Positions 1 to 12,239 of a stretch of 64,000 nt of DNA are shown here, in pieces. The DNA lies in the NCBI RefSeq assembly GCF_006345805.1, contig NC_043004.1, positions 62,001 to 126,000 on the forward strand, in the 5' to 3' direction. Every line of letters starts with the position of its first letter. The stretch's first letter is position 1. Both the position numbers and the translations under genes were made by a program. The notes below the pieces were generated by a model. The model had not been told where the DNA came from. It saw only the letters and a program-made list of their open reading frames with translations, and did no database searches. The stretch comes from Octopus sinensis. Taxonomy: Eukaryota.

Positions 1-167
1 TACCGTGTACCCTATTGATGGGGCTCTGACTTAATAAAAAGGAGAGAACTTGCGAAGTGTACTTTGACAGAAGGAATATTAATTAAAACACATATCTAAA
101 CGCCTATCAACATTACCGGATACAAATACAAATCATTAATAAATAAACATATGTGTATGTATGCGCG

Positions 168-209
<42 letters not shown>

Positions 210-255
210 GTATATATAGATATATATAGATATACGCACTTTGACATAATAGAAA

Positions 256-287
<32 letters not shown>

Positions 288-537
288 CGTTTCTATTATG
301 CAAAAGTATCGTAAGTCCAAAAGGTTGCTTTTGCAGAAATGTAAAAATAGTTTTCACCATTCCATACCAAAACTGTTGTATTACACTTTGACAATTTTGA
401 TATCTTTGCATCTAAAGCAGCTGGAGATACGATAGTTTAACCAAAAGAACCGGCTATTACAAGTAAAAAAAAATACTGAAAAAAAACCCCCGCATTTGGC
501 CAAACTTGGACATACGAACAGTTAAAACTAATAACCA

Positions 538-573
<36 letters not shown>

Positions 574-1974
574 AATCTCTGAGCGATATATATATATATA
601 TATATAATATATATATATAACTAGGAAGATCTTTATAATGTCCATATACGGACGAACGGATACACGGATAGATGGACGTACAGGTAGATATACAGATGGA
701 TGGATGGATAAATGGATGGGTGGAGGGAGGGAGGAAGGGGGAAGGAGGAAGGGATGACGGATAAAATAAACGGATGGATTAAAGAATGGCTAATTATATA
801 GTCTGATGAAAATGTTTCAAGAGACACTAAGCAGGCGACGACTGAACGTACAGTAAAACGAATGGAAAGACTGTTGCTGTTGTTGTTCAGCTGCATGTCA
901 GTTCTAATCAATCATTGGGATTCTGACCATGACCATCCAGTCTAATTAGTGTACCTTGCACTAATGCTGAGCAAGACTCCACAGTGTACATAACATAATA
1001 ACATCATCTCAAAATAAAGGATAAACTGGACGATGTGAATACTACCGAAGTGCTCATAAATATTTACTGTGGTCTTATTGTTTTGGTTAATGTTTGAACC
1101 CAGGTCAGCTGTGACCCAGAGGACACCTACCTCTTATCTTTTACTTGTTTCAGTCATTAGACTGCGGCCATGCTGGGGCTCCGCCTCGAAAACTTTAAGT
1201 AGAACGAATCGACCCGAGTACTTATTTTATGTTTTTCTTTTTAAACCTGGTACATATTTATCGGTCTTTCATTGCCAACTGCTAAGTTACGGGGCTATAA
1301 ACACACAAACACTGGTTGTCAAGCGGTGTTGGGGACAAACACACACACACACACTCATACACACACATGATCAAAGGGTTTTCATTTTAAAGCATCGTGT
1401 ATACCCGTCTACATTATTTTATCGTCCCTTTGAGGAAAGCTTGGTTGCGATCTATACAGTTCGAGTGGCCATATTGAGCTTCCCTCTTTATTCGATTTCA
1501 TAACAAATTTATAGAAATGCTATCATTAATTGTCAAGAGGTGCTGTCACTTCTCATCTGCGAGAAACGAGCTACAAAATCCCAAGTAGTAACCAATTCCT
1601 TACAAACTATTCCGATACCGCATCAAAGTCGATCACTCACGTTCTGGATATTTAGAATTTTTAGTCTATCGATTATATTATTTCTATCAAGCAGAGACCC
1701 GGCAGAATCGTTAGCACGTTGGCCAAGCTGTATTTCTTCCATTTGTTCCGGCCCTTTACATACCGTGTTCAAATCCCGTCGACGTCGACTTTGCCTTTCA
1801 TCCTTTCGAGGTTGGTAAAATATAGTATTAGTTAAGAAACCCCACCCCTTAAAATTGCAGACCTTGTGTCAAAATTTGAAAGAATTGCACGATTAATCCT
1901 GCATCTACCACATTTAGAGTTTATTTGGTATAGAAAGAAAACATTTAGATCAGTGGTTCGCAATCTTTTTAATA

Positions 1975-2270
1975 TCCGGGTCAGATCCCGAACTTGGATA
2001 TTTGATGGTACATTATTTGCATTTGACGTATATTTGTTCTCATCTTGTTTGTTGTTAACACAACGTTTTGGCTGATATACTCTCCATCAGGTGTCTCGGG
2101 GAAATTTCGAACCTGGGTTCTCATTCCTAAGTTATTTTTCGATGTTGTTATTATTATATTATTATTCAAGAATCGAACTCGGAATCTTGGGGTTAGTAGC
2201 CTGCGCTCTTAATCACTACGTCATATGCCCATAGGCAATTATAGAGCGAATTTTAGGGCTTATAAATTTG
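1975..2270 (-). mobile_element. tRNA-headed element with a degenerate minimal hammerhead-like motif (Penelope-associated/SINE-like)
   Basis: Minus strand: A-box-like TGACGTAGTGATT and B-box GTTCGATTC (2230-2170), then an AAT tract, then GACAC-CTGATG...CAGCC-AAAAC-GTT-GTGTT (2095-2056) with a 5-bp stem I. Confidence 0.5.
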
Positions 2271-2749
2271 ATGGTTTTAGATTTTAATGGAGAAGACAAT
2301 TGTGTTGATCCAAGCCTTTGATAAAAATTTTAAAATAATTAATAATTAAGAATATAGACTAAACTAAATAAAAATTCTTTGTTGATAAAATGAAAAAGAT
2401 TTTCTGCCAAAATTAAAATTTTAAACCAGGAATTTGTTTTAGCAAAACCCTTTTAATGATTTAGAAGCAAATCCCAACATTTACTACCTCATCTTGAATG
2501 TAGTTACCCCCAACTTGTTAATTAGCTAGCGATGCTCATTGAGTTGGTCTACACAACTAATCAACAAACTCTCGTCAGAAAAAGAGAAAACAACAAAAAA
2601 TTAAAAAATTAAAAAAGGAAAGAAAATAAAAGATAGATTAAAGTGGTGGGGGAACTCGCCAGCTACATCACTGCATAGGAATTCTGACACTGCTTATCAC
2701 AGCCTCTCTATCCTCTAAAATAACTCCCGTTTATTTATTTATTTATCTA

Positions 2750-2800
<51 letters not shown>

Positions 2801-3943
2801 CCAATTGAACCCACTTCAATATGAGATGTTGTTTGAGTCGTTTCCTATAGCCGGGATATCTCTGCATGTTGACATACAAAGTCCTACGTAAACAAAAGCG
2901 GTTTCTCCTATATTTTACTTGGAGCTAAACAGACACACTGAAGGCTCTTTAGTTTATTATTATTTCATATAACTTTTGCTAAGCTATTATTATTAACGTT
3001 TAAAGAACCATAGGCGCTGGCGCGGCTACACGGTTTGTTTCCCAACTACACGGTTCCGGGTTTTGTCTTACTGTGTGCCACTGTCGACAAATGTCTTCTA
3101 ATACAGCCCCAGGTCGACTTATGCTACGTGAGTGATTTCCATTGATGGAAACTGAAAGAAAATCGTCGTGTGTGTGTGTGTGTCTATTAGAAGTCCATTG
3201 TCTTGACATCACGTGATAATCGTAAAATGAGTTTCACTGTCAGATAAGCGGGGGTTTTTTGGTAGGGGGGTTGTTGTTTTGTTTCCAGTCGTCCATGAAA
3301 ACATACCAAAGCATGAGAGATATTACTTGAAAACAAATGAGGGACATCGGACCGCATAAAATCTGCCATGACAAATTCTGTCCGTTTTTCCGTGCGAGCA
3401 TGGAAAATAATGGACGGCAAAACGACGACGATGACGATGATGATGATGACGATGATGGTGATGATCATCATGATGATGATCATCATCATGATGATCATCA
3501 TGATGACGACCTCGTCCCTCCTCTACATGATAATCACACACAAATAACGAAAACATTTTAGTGGAGTATAAACAACATACAAACATGTCATGTTGACAGA
3601 GATGGAAACGAAATGAAATAATAATAATGTGTGTGTGTGTGTGTGTGTGCGTGTGTGTGGTGTGTGTGTGTGGTGTGTGTGTGTGTGTGTGCGTGCGTGT
3701 GTGCGTGCGTGCGTGCGTGTGTGCACGTGTGTGTGTGTGTGTGTGTATGTGTGTGTGTATAACTGCTGGTATCATATCGCTTTCAGGTCAAAGGTATTTC
3801 AAAAGTGATTTTGGACAGAAAACACATATATGTAGATAGAGTTTGATCCGATTCTGATTATCGAATATGTTTAATTCTAAGTCAGTCAACCAGCCACGGT
3901 TAAGGCTTTCCAGTGATGACAACCCCAACTCTGAAAATATATA

Positions 3944-4117
3944 CAGGGTGTCCCAGAAGTCGCGCACCATTCTGGTCTTCATTTAAAATAATTAAAGCAT
4001 GTTATATTGTAGAGGGTGCTCAATTTGTTACGATTAATTTCAATAAAGTGTTTTTGAAATAAATAAGGGTGTATTCTTTTAAAAAACGGGGTGGTGCGCA
4101 ACTTCTGGGACACCATG
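3944..4117. mobile_element. Tc1/mariner-type MITE (174 bp)
   Basis: TIRs CAGGGTGTCCCAGAAGTCGCGCACCA / TGGTGCGCAACTTCTGGGACACCATG, flanked by TA on both sides. Confidence 0.85.
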
Positions 4118-4163
4118 TATATATATATATATTATATATATATGCTTGTATCATCTATCTATC

Positions 4164-4194
<31 letters not shown>

Positions 4195-4527
4195 ATATAT
4201 ATATATATATTATAATATAATAATATATATAATTTCAACAATTGAGGGTAAAATTAATTAATTATTAATCAATTTCACCAAGTATTCAGTATTGAATTGA
4301 GCAAACACTATATGAGAGAGGTTTTCTTTAAGTATTAGAAATAGTTTTTAAAAAAGTTTTTTTAGCTACTATTTCTAATGAGTTCAGTATGCGGCAAAGT
4401 AATTATTTTACTAAGCCCTTTTATATAATGTATATATATATATAAGATATATATATATATATATATCACACACACATATATATATTGTTATATATAATAC
4501 ATATATATATATATATATGTTTATATG

Positions 4528-4593
<66 letters not shown>

Positions 4594-4604
4594 GATATAT
4601 ATAT

Positions 4605-4849
4605 ATCATCATCATCATCATCATCATCGTTTAACGTCCGTTCTCCATGCTGGCATGGGTTGCATGGGTTGGACGACCGACGGATCTGGGAAGCCAGAAG
4701 GCTGCACAGGCTCCAGTCTTATCTGGCAATGTTTCTACAGCTGGTGCCCTTCCTAACGCCAACCACTCATGTATGTATATATATATATAGTCTTATCTGG
4801 CAATGTTTCACAGCTGGATGCCCTTCCTAACGCCAACCACTCATGTATG

Positions 4850-4880
<31 letters not shown>

Positions 4881-5044
4881 TACATACATGAGTGGGTGGC
4901 GTTAGGAAGGGCATCCAGCTGTAGAAACATTGCCAGATAAGACTGGAGCCTGGTGCAGCCTTCTGGCTTCCCAGATCCCCGGTCGAACCGTCAAACCCAT
5001 GCTAGCATGGAGAACGGACGTTAAACGATGATGATGATGATGAT

Positions 5045-5048
<4 letters not shown>
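4605..5048. mobile_element. Inverted duplication of a 5'-truncated RTE-type 3' end with (GAT)n tail
   Basis: Arms at about 4605-4775 (antisense) and 4880-5048 (sense, ending GGACGTTAAACGATGATGAT). A direct repeat of the inner arm lies at about 4790-4850. RTE assignment is by resemblance of the 3' UTR and tail. Confidence 0.65.
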
Positions 5049-5099
<51 letters not shown>

Positions 5100-5126
5100 T
5101 ATATATATATACACATACATATAAAC

Positions 5127-5159
<33 letters not shown>

Positions 5160-5175
5160 CATAATATATATGTGT

Positions 5176-5219
<44 letters not shown>

Positions 5220-5885
5220 CGTTTATATAGTCATACTTATATATGTATATGTGCGTGTGTACACATATTCGCATGCATAGATAGGCTAAATAAATAACTA
5301 TCCAACCGCCTCTTTCATAATATATAAAATCTGTACACGACATCTAACAATTTCTATAGAGAGAGAAAGGGGGAGAAGGGAAGGGAGAAAGAGAGAGAGA
5401 GAGAAAGAGACAGAGAAAGAAAAAGAAATAAAGAAAGAGAAAGAAGGAAAATGAAAGAAGGAAAAGGAGAGAGAGTGAGCGTGTGTCTCCAATATATTCT
5501 TAATTAAAATCGTTATTATACGGTTCTTGATTAGGTCTGGATCACTCCTGCTCAAATATATATATATATATAATGAAAGATATTCCAACTATGGCCATCT
5601 TGCCTTTTTACTGTTTGTGTATCTGAAATTGTACTATTTAATGTATGCAGTCGGCTGCATAATTTGAAGGGTATTTGGGTGTTGTTTCTAGTACGTTGAT
5701 TAACCAGATAGAAGCCTCAAATGGTCGAAATATTAGTTATGTAAGAATTTCGTTCAAATTATAGCCGCTGTTAATGAATTTATAACTACAAAGCCTTCAT
5801 TATAATTATCAAATATTAATTTTTTCTTCAGCTTATTTCAGTCAATGGACTGTTATCATTGAGGCACTACCTTGAAAGGTTTGTC

Positions 5886-6573
5886 CAGTGGTTCTCAACC
5901 GGTGACCAGATGGCCCCTGAGGGTCTATATAAGATTTCTGGGGACCACACAACAAAATAATAAATTGGAAATCTACAATAGTATTTTAAAGGTCCCTGTA
6001 AAAAGTTTGCTTTAGATGTGTGTATTGGCATAGACCCGGGAACAGGGGCTGGAGGAGGTGCAAGTGCACTCCCTAAAATTTTTGTGAGATGCAACATCAA
6101 AATTTGCACCCCTACTTTTATCAAGATTAGAAAACATTGAATAAAAAGTGATCTGTAAGAAGTCGCTCGATGTTGGGTTTCTTCACAAAAATCAAAGAGC
6201 AAAAATAAATAAGAAAAAAACAAAGCAATAAGACCGTGTTTGTAAGAGTTTTTGAACCTGGGTTTCCAACACCCCCCACCCCGAAGCAAATTTCGTTCCA
6301 GGGCCGTTGTGTCTTCCTTCTCTAACATTTTACATAGTTTCAACCTCTACAATTTCATGTGTGGAAACCAAAACAGGAATTTTGAAAGAAATTTCTATAA
6401 AACATAGGCGCAGGAGTGGCTGTGTGGTAAGAAGCTTGCTTACCAACAACATGGTTCTGGGTTCAGTCCTACTGCGTGGCACCTTGGGCAAGTGTCTTCT
6501 ACTATAGCCTCGGGCTGCCCAAAGCGTTGTGAGTGGATTTGGTAGACGGAAACTGAAAAAATCCCATCGTATG

Positions 6574-6632
<59 letters not shown>

Positions 6633-6983
6633 TGTGTGTTTGTGTGTGTGTGTGTTTGGTGTGTGTTTATATTTGTGCGTCTGTGTTTGTCCGCCCAACA
6701 TCGCTTGACAACTGATGGTGGTATGTTTATGTCCCCGTAACTTAGCGGTTCGGCAAAAGAGACCGATAGAATAAGTACTAGGCTTACAAAGAATAAGTCC
6801 TGGGGTTGATGTGCTCGACTAAAGGCGGTGCTCCAGCATGGCCACAGTCAAATGACTGAAACAAGTAAAAGAGAGCAAAAAGTAAAAACTAGTTTTTAAA
6901 CATGGAATGTCTACGGGGGTCTACCAGAGGAAAATAGAAAATCAAAGGGGTTCACAGCTAAAAAAAAAAGTTGGAAATTCCTG
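5886..6983. mobile_element. hAT (Charlie-like) MITE split by a nested MITE (about 6028-6310) and a SINE (6407-6880)
   Basis: Left end CAGTGGTTCTCAACC. The right part (6885-6983) is homologous to the right part of the intact copy at 20492-20889. Confidence 0.55.
6407..6880 (+). mobile_element. SINE family A (tRNA-derived head, internal microsatellite, right arm), full length
   Basis: GGCGCAGGAGTGGCTGTGTGGTAAG head with B-box GGTTCAGTCC, central (TA)n/(TG)n, right arm ending GACTGAAACAAGTAAAAGAG. More than 20 related copies occur in the window. Confidence 0.9.
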
Positions 6984-7019
6984 GTTTAATCGAACAAATT
7001 GACCTCAGTGTTAATTTTA

Positions 7020-7305
7020 AGTTTGGTACTTATTTTATCAATTATTTTGCTGAACCGCTAAGTTAGGGGAGTGTAAAGAAATCAACAACGGCTGTGAAGC
7101 GGTGGTGGGAGTAAACACAAACACAAAGACACACACACACACACATACATACATACACACACATACACGTATACATGTGTATACACACACTCACATACAT
7201 GCATGCATACATACATACGGTGGGCTTCCTAACAATTTCCGTCTACCAAATTAACCCACAAAGCATCGGTTTACCCGGGGCCATAATAGAAGGCGCTTGC
7301 CCAGG
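7020..7305 (-). mobile_element. SINE family A, partial and degenerate
   Basis: GAACCGCTAAGTTA, (CA/CATA)n and TTTCCGTCTACCAAAT in antisense. Confidence 0.7.
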
Positions 7306-7532
7306 CTCAACTTCTGTTGGTCCTGAACAAGCCGAACTATGATCATTGGTGACTTTCCAGTCATGACCATCTCATCTTAATTTCAAATATGATATAACCG
7401 AGACTACTTAAGGGAATGACGTCACACTGCCACAACAGCGGCGCTGCTTGTATTCATAACACATCACATGTTAAAGTAGCGAAACTGTGGTACACAATTT
7501 ACCAAAACTAAATGCAGCAAATCACAGATGTT

Positions 7533-7566
<34 letters not shown>

Positions 7567-8441
7567 CAGCAGTAGTAATAGTAGTAGTGGTATTAGTAGT
7601 AGTAGTTGTTGATGTCACGGTTTAGCCCCAAGTAAGCGACCCTATAAGAAAAAGCGCTCCAGCTTTGACCACCCGTTCTGTTTCTGTGTACTTCTGTCTG
7701 TGACTGTATTGTGTAATATGTCTGTCTCTTTCATATATCAGTAGGACAGGGCCTCCGATAGGAATATTGCAAAGAGGAACAACACTTCTTTCAGCTGGTG
7801 TTAGGATTAATATTAGGGTCGGGATGGAAGTTGGGGCTTCTTTTAAAAATTCAAAGGACTTATTTTTTAAAAAATTTTTCCTTGAGGAAGGGGCTCACCA
7901 AATATTCAAGAACCTCTCTCCGGACATCGATTCAATGTACCAGCTGAACCCGACCCCTCATAAGCCCTACAGTAGGGTTTATTTGAAAAAGGTTCCACTG
8001 CGACCACGTAGGGACTGCCTTTGACTATTAGCTCAAACAAAATATGGCGCTTCTTCATCCGTATCTAGTATTTCACTCCGTTATTATCCCTCGTTTTAAA
8101 ATTAAACAAAAGAAACAGTTAACCCAAATGGATTTTTGCATGACTACGCGAACAATATTTTGATTTCTTCCAAGTTTTATTTACTGGTATCATTGTCAAA
8201 GAATCTATTCTTATTGATAGATATTTTTTCGCGACAATTGTGTGTGTGTGTGTGTGAGTGAGAGAGAGACCAACAGACAGACAGATTGAGAAAGAGAGAG
8301 AGAGAGAGAGGGCGTAGGGTTTTTAAACCCAATATTTATAGCTTTATTCACTTCGAGTTCCACCGTCAAAAATGAATTATTTTACACTTTTCCAAGTCCC
8401 TAAATTCATATGACTTTAACACCCATCTACACCCACACACG

Positions 8442-8480
<39 letters not shown>

Positions 8481-8609
8481 ACATATATGTGTGTAAAGAT
8501 GTATATATGTATATATGTGTGGATACATACATACACACACACACACAGACATATATATATATATACATATACACATACACATATGTATGCAGATATATAT
8601 ATACACATG

Positions 8610-8676
<67 letters not shown>

Positions 8677-8694
8677 ATATAATATTATATATAG

Positions 8695-8745
8695 TCCAAC
8701 CCATGCTAGCATGGAAAGCGGACGTTAAACGATGATGATGATGAT
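8695..8745 (+). mobile_element. Very short 3' end of the same (GAT)n-tailed element inside a (TA)n tract
   Basis: CCAACCCATGCTAGCATGGAAAGCGGACGTTAAACGATGATGAT matches 4995-5048. Confidence 0.75.
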
Positions 8746-8769
8746 ATATATATATATATATATAAAATC

Positions 8770-8970
8770 TGTGTCATTGTGTTTGTTTGTGACACCGTGC
8801 TTGTTAGCCTATGTTGGTTTTTTTTTTTTTGTAAAAAAAAACACAAAAAACGAAAGAATTAGTACCAGACTTAAACTATAAGTACTAAGGTCGATTTGTT
8901 CGACAAACAATTTTTGAAGGCGGTGCGCCAGCGTGGCCGCAGTCCAATGACTAAAACAATTAAACAATAA
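8770..8970 (+). mobile_element. SINE family A right arm, degenerate
   Basis: GAAGGCGGTGCGCCAGCGTGGCCGCAGTCCAATGACTAAAACAA. Confidence 0.65.
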
Positions 8971-9069
8971 ATGTTTGCCAAAGTCTCATATTCCTGTGAT
9001 TTTGTCTTGATTTAATCCGGATCCATGGATTACATAATTTGAAGGGAAAACCATAATCCGATTACCGTG

Positions 9070-9546
9070 TATCTTTTACTTGTTTCAGTCATTGGACTGT
9101 GGCCATTCTGGGGCACCGACTTGAATGGATTTTAGAGGAACAAATTGACCTAAGTATTTTTGTTTAAGTGTGGTATTCATTTTATTGGTCTCTGTTGCGA
9201 GACTGCTAAGTTACGGGAACATAAACAAAGCAACATCGGTTGTCAAGCGGGGGAGGGGGGGACAGACACAAACACAAGGACACACATATACACCACACAT
9301 ACATACACACACACACATACATACATACATACATACATACATACATACACACACACATACATACATGCATACATACACACGCATACATACATACATACAT
9401 ACATACATACATACATACATACATACATACATACAAAAATAGTCTGTTGTTGATGCTGAAATTCCAATTAAGGAACCTTGGGTCAAGGTTAGAAACCGGG
9501 TCTTTCTCTATTAGCAAGAAATCTTGAAATAAAACTGAACAATGAT

Positions 9547-9579
<33 letters not shown>

Positions 9580-9800
9580 TACATGCATACATACATACAT
9601 ACACACACACACACATACATACATACATACATACATACATACATACATACATACATACATAACAAGCTGCTTTCAGTTTCCGTCTATTAAATCTACTCAC
9701 AAAGCTTTGGCTATAATAGAAGACACTTGCCCAAGGTGCCACATAGTGGAATTGAACACGAAACTATGTGATTGAGAAACAGACTTCTTACCACACAATC
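9070..9800 (-). mobile_element. SINE family A with expanded (CATA)n core interrupted by element G
   Basis: Right arm 9070-9290, (CATA)n 9290-9660, left arm 9660-9800. Confidence 0.75.
9435..9543 (+). mobile_element. Element G: ~105-bp non-coding insert in (CATA)n
   Basis: Homologous over its full length, roughly 85% by eye, to the reverse complement of 30521-30623, which also sits in (TATG)n. Confidence 0.7.
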
Positions 9801-9895
9801 CTAAAAAAAAACTTGTAATTCTGTTGCGTGTTCCTTATACATTTAAATGCCTTCAACTTGGAAACGGATGTCTCCTGTATAACAATTGTACTTAC

Positions 9896-10382
9896 CTTTA
9901 TTGAAGGGGCTTATTTTGTTTCTGTCTGAGGGTGACATTGAAGAACCATGGGAAGATGTGCTCGAATAGCCCGGATAATGGCTGAGTGCCCTTACAAAAT
10001 GTTCGTCCACGAGTCGATTAGAATCCCCAGAGAAATAATTGTGTACCATGCTGTTTGATGCCAGGTAAACCGTTTCTTTTGGTACGGTTCCCTTATCCGA
10101 ATTGTTTTCTTCTTTTATGGCATTTCCTTCAAGACTGCTGCTACTACCGCTGCTGTGGCAACTTCTGTCAATGGAATTATTTACATGGGGCGGTGTGGAT
10201 GTAGCAGACTCTGGAATCAGATGTTGGTTTGGATGGGTTTGTGGTTGCACTTGTTGTTCCGATTGATGAAGATGCAAAGTGTGAGGCGGCGATGATGTGA
10301 CTGGTACGCTAAGGATTGAATTGCCGGGCGCAGAATAGCAACCAAGATTCATGGGTTCGTGTAGTTTAGTGAGACCAAAAGC
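9896..10382 (-). CDS. vg: Vestigial-like protein, exon carrying the Vg/TONDU (TEAD-binding) domain
   Basis: Acceptor TTCTTTGTTACAAACAG| and donor AAAG|GTAAGT. The 487-nt exon is open, phase 0 to phase 1, and joins in frame to 11832-11909. It encodes ETVYLASNSMVHNYFSGDSNRLVDEHFVRALS (about 9981-10076), matching the Vg motif YFxGDxxxxVDEHFxRAL. Confidence 0.92.
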
Positions 10383-10702
10383 CTGTTTGTAACAAAGAAT
10401 AGAAATAACATTAGCGAAATAACAACGAGAGAAAACATGACGGTTGGGGGGGGGGGGTCGTACAAAATGCAGATACATCTCGACGGAACAAACAATAATA
10501 ATAATAATAATAAAGTATCGACAAGAATGTTTAGAAAATAAACAACCGAACGAGATAAGGGAATGTAAAAGAGGATATTGGTAAGGAATATAAAAGCCAG
10601 ATGAATGGTGATAGCACATAAATAAACAACTAACATAAACACGGCACACGCGAAGCAAAAGCAGTGTGTATGTATGTGTATGTCTAAGCATGGGTGTGTA
10701 TG

Positions 10703-10733
<31 letters not shown>

Positions 10734-10894
10734 GTGAGCCTGTGTGCGTGGATGTGCGTATGCGGGTGTGTACGTGTGTATCACCAATGTTTTTTGTAAG
10801 TGGAGCGTATGTAGTAGTAGTAGTAGTAGAAGTAGTAGTAGCTGTAGTAGTAGTAATAATAATAATAATAATCATAATAATAATAATAATAATA

Positions 10895-10927
<33 letters not shown>

Positions 10928-11831
10928 GTAATAAACGATGAAATTCCACAAACAAAAAAGCTGGAAAATAAACGAACGGAAAAAGTAGTAAATAGTTAGA
11001 ATTAAGGTTAACTAGCGGTGAAATTCCAGAGATCTTTGGGTAAAAATTAACTCACAGTTCTATTAGTTTTTCCTTGAATTCATAGTTGTCGACAACATCT
11101 AAAAGGAACGGAAGTGTGTGAGTAGGTTATTTGTTACGTGTGTAAAATGAGAATTGTTGAGAAAGAATGCATAAAAAGTGCTATAGAGTATAAAGACAAT
11201 ATGTTTCAAGACGTCTCTGTGTATGTGAAATCAAACTGTCGGAGGACGGTGGGTGGTTGAGATTCCAAAGTGCAATGTTGGAATTACAAAGACGCCGAAT
11301 TCCATCTGGTTGCCCTACCCTTAGCTTTGGGATTCGCAGAATGCCGGCTCGAATATTTGTAAGCATTGGAGTTTTTTCTTGTGTAGAAATATATATATCC
11401 TTGCTTTAAGACACACTGGCACAGTAGGTGCCCACTCGTGCAAAGATATGCAAGCTCTCTTTGGCAGTCGTTGTCGAGTTGTCGACTCTGTCGCTACTAC
11501 AACGACCGAGCGACACTGTAAGTTCTCAGACCTTCAATTTGAGATTGTCGCCAAAAGAACAAAAACAGAAAAGGGAAAAGAATACAGAAGAAGAAAAACA
11601 GAACAAGAAAATCAAATAATTTTGAAATGAAAGAACTTTTGAATGTTGTAAAGTAACCAGGCACAGAAAGAGGGGAAAGTTACTAAAAGAAGCTGGATGT
11701 ACCCGTCTGTGATTCTAAGAATATGTGACATCATTTGTACAAACACATATCAATGCACAAGAATATCAGTGATTTGACAAATAGAGCAAAAAACAAAAAA
11801 AAAAAAGCTTCAAAATGCCCGATGCATTTAC

Positions 11832-11909
11832 CTGTTCGATTGGAGTTCGTGGGTAATAGGCCAAATTGCTAGGGTACGGCTGGTGGTACATAACGTCAAC
11901 GGCACTCAT
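11832..11909 (-). CDS. vg: Vestigial-like (VGLL2/3-type) protein, first coding exon (26 codons, MSAVDVMYHQPYPSNLAYYPRTPIEQ)
   Basis: ATG at 11909. The N-terminus matches the VGLL2/3 start (MSCxxVMYxxxP). The exon ends at donor CAG|GTAAAT in phase 0. An upstream acceptor TTCTAG| at 11930-11931 makes the full exon 11832-11929, with 20 nt of 5'UTR. Confidence 0.85.
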
Positions 11910-12147
11910 TTTAAACTCCTCTTGTGACCCTAGAATATGTTTTATGCTTCACACCCACAAAATCCACGATTGATATAATTCCAACGGCGGAAAGTATTAA
12001 ATGAAAAAAAATAGAACAACTTCGTTTTGCTTTAATTTTCGTTGTTTTCTACTTTTAAGAGAAGTTAAAGATATTGAGGCTCTTTTTGCCCTCAAGGTGA
12101 CACTGATGTATCGAACTCAACAAATTGTTTATTGGATTTATATATGA

Positions 12148-12178
<31 letters not shown>

Positions 12179-12239
12179 CATGTGTGTATATATATATCAA
12201 TGTATGTGAGTGTGTGTTTGTGTGTTTTATATCTCAAGG

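Noticed and set aside
1-60. Possible next vg exon at the left edge (would read VRAPSIGYTV in phase 1)
   Set aside because: Weak acceptor, no Vg-family motif, and cut by the window edge. No FW(N)-type motif exon was found in 1-9890.
6407-6480. tRNA genes at SINE heads (also 2170-2230, 20360-20429, 37451-37540, 51236-51305)
   Set aside because: A/B boxes are present but the cloverleaves are incomplete and each head continues into a SINE body.
7767-8024. 85-aa plus-strand ORF in the vg intron
   Set aside because: Starts at TTG, has no recognisable domain or splice context, and neither strand gives a Vg-like continuation.
9843-10787. The 314-aa ORF taken as a single-exon protein
   Set aside because: Its first ~135 codons are TG/CA repeat and intron. 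Only 9896-10382 is bounded by splice sites and Vg-like.
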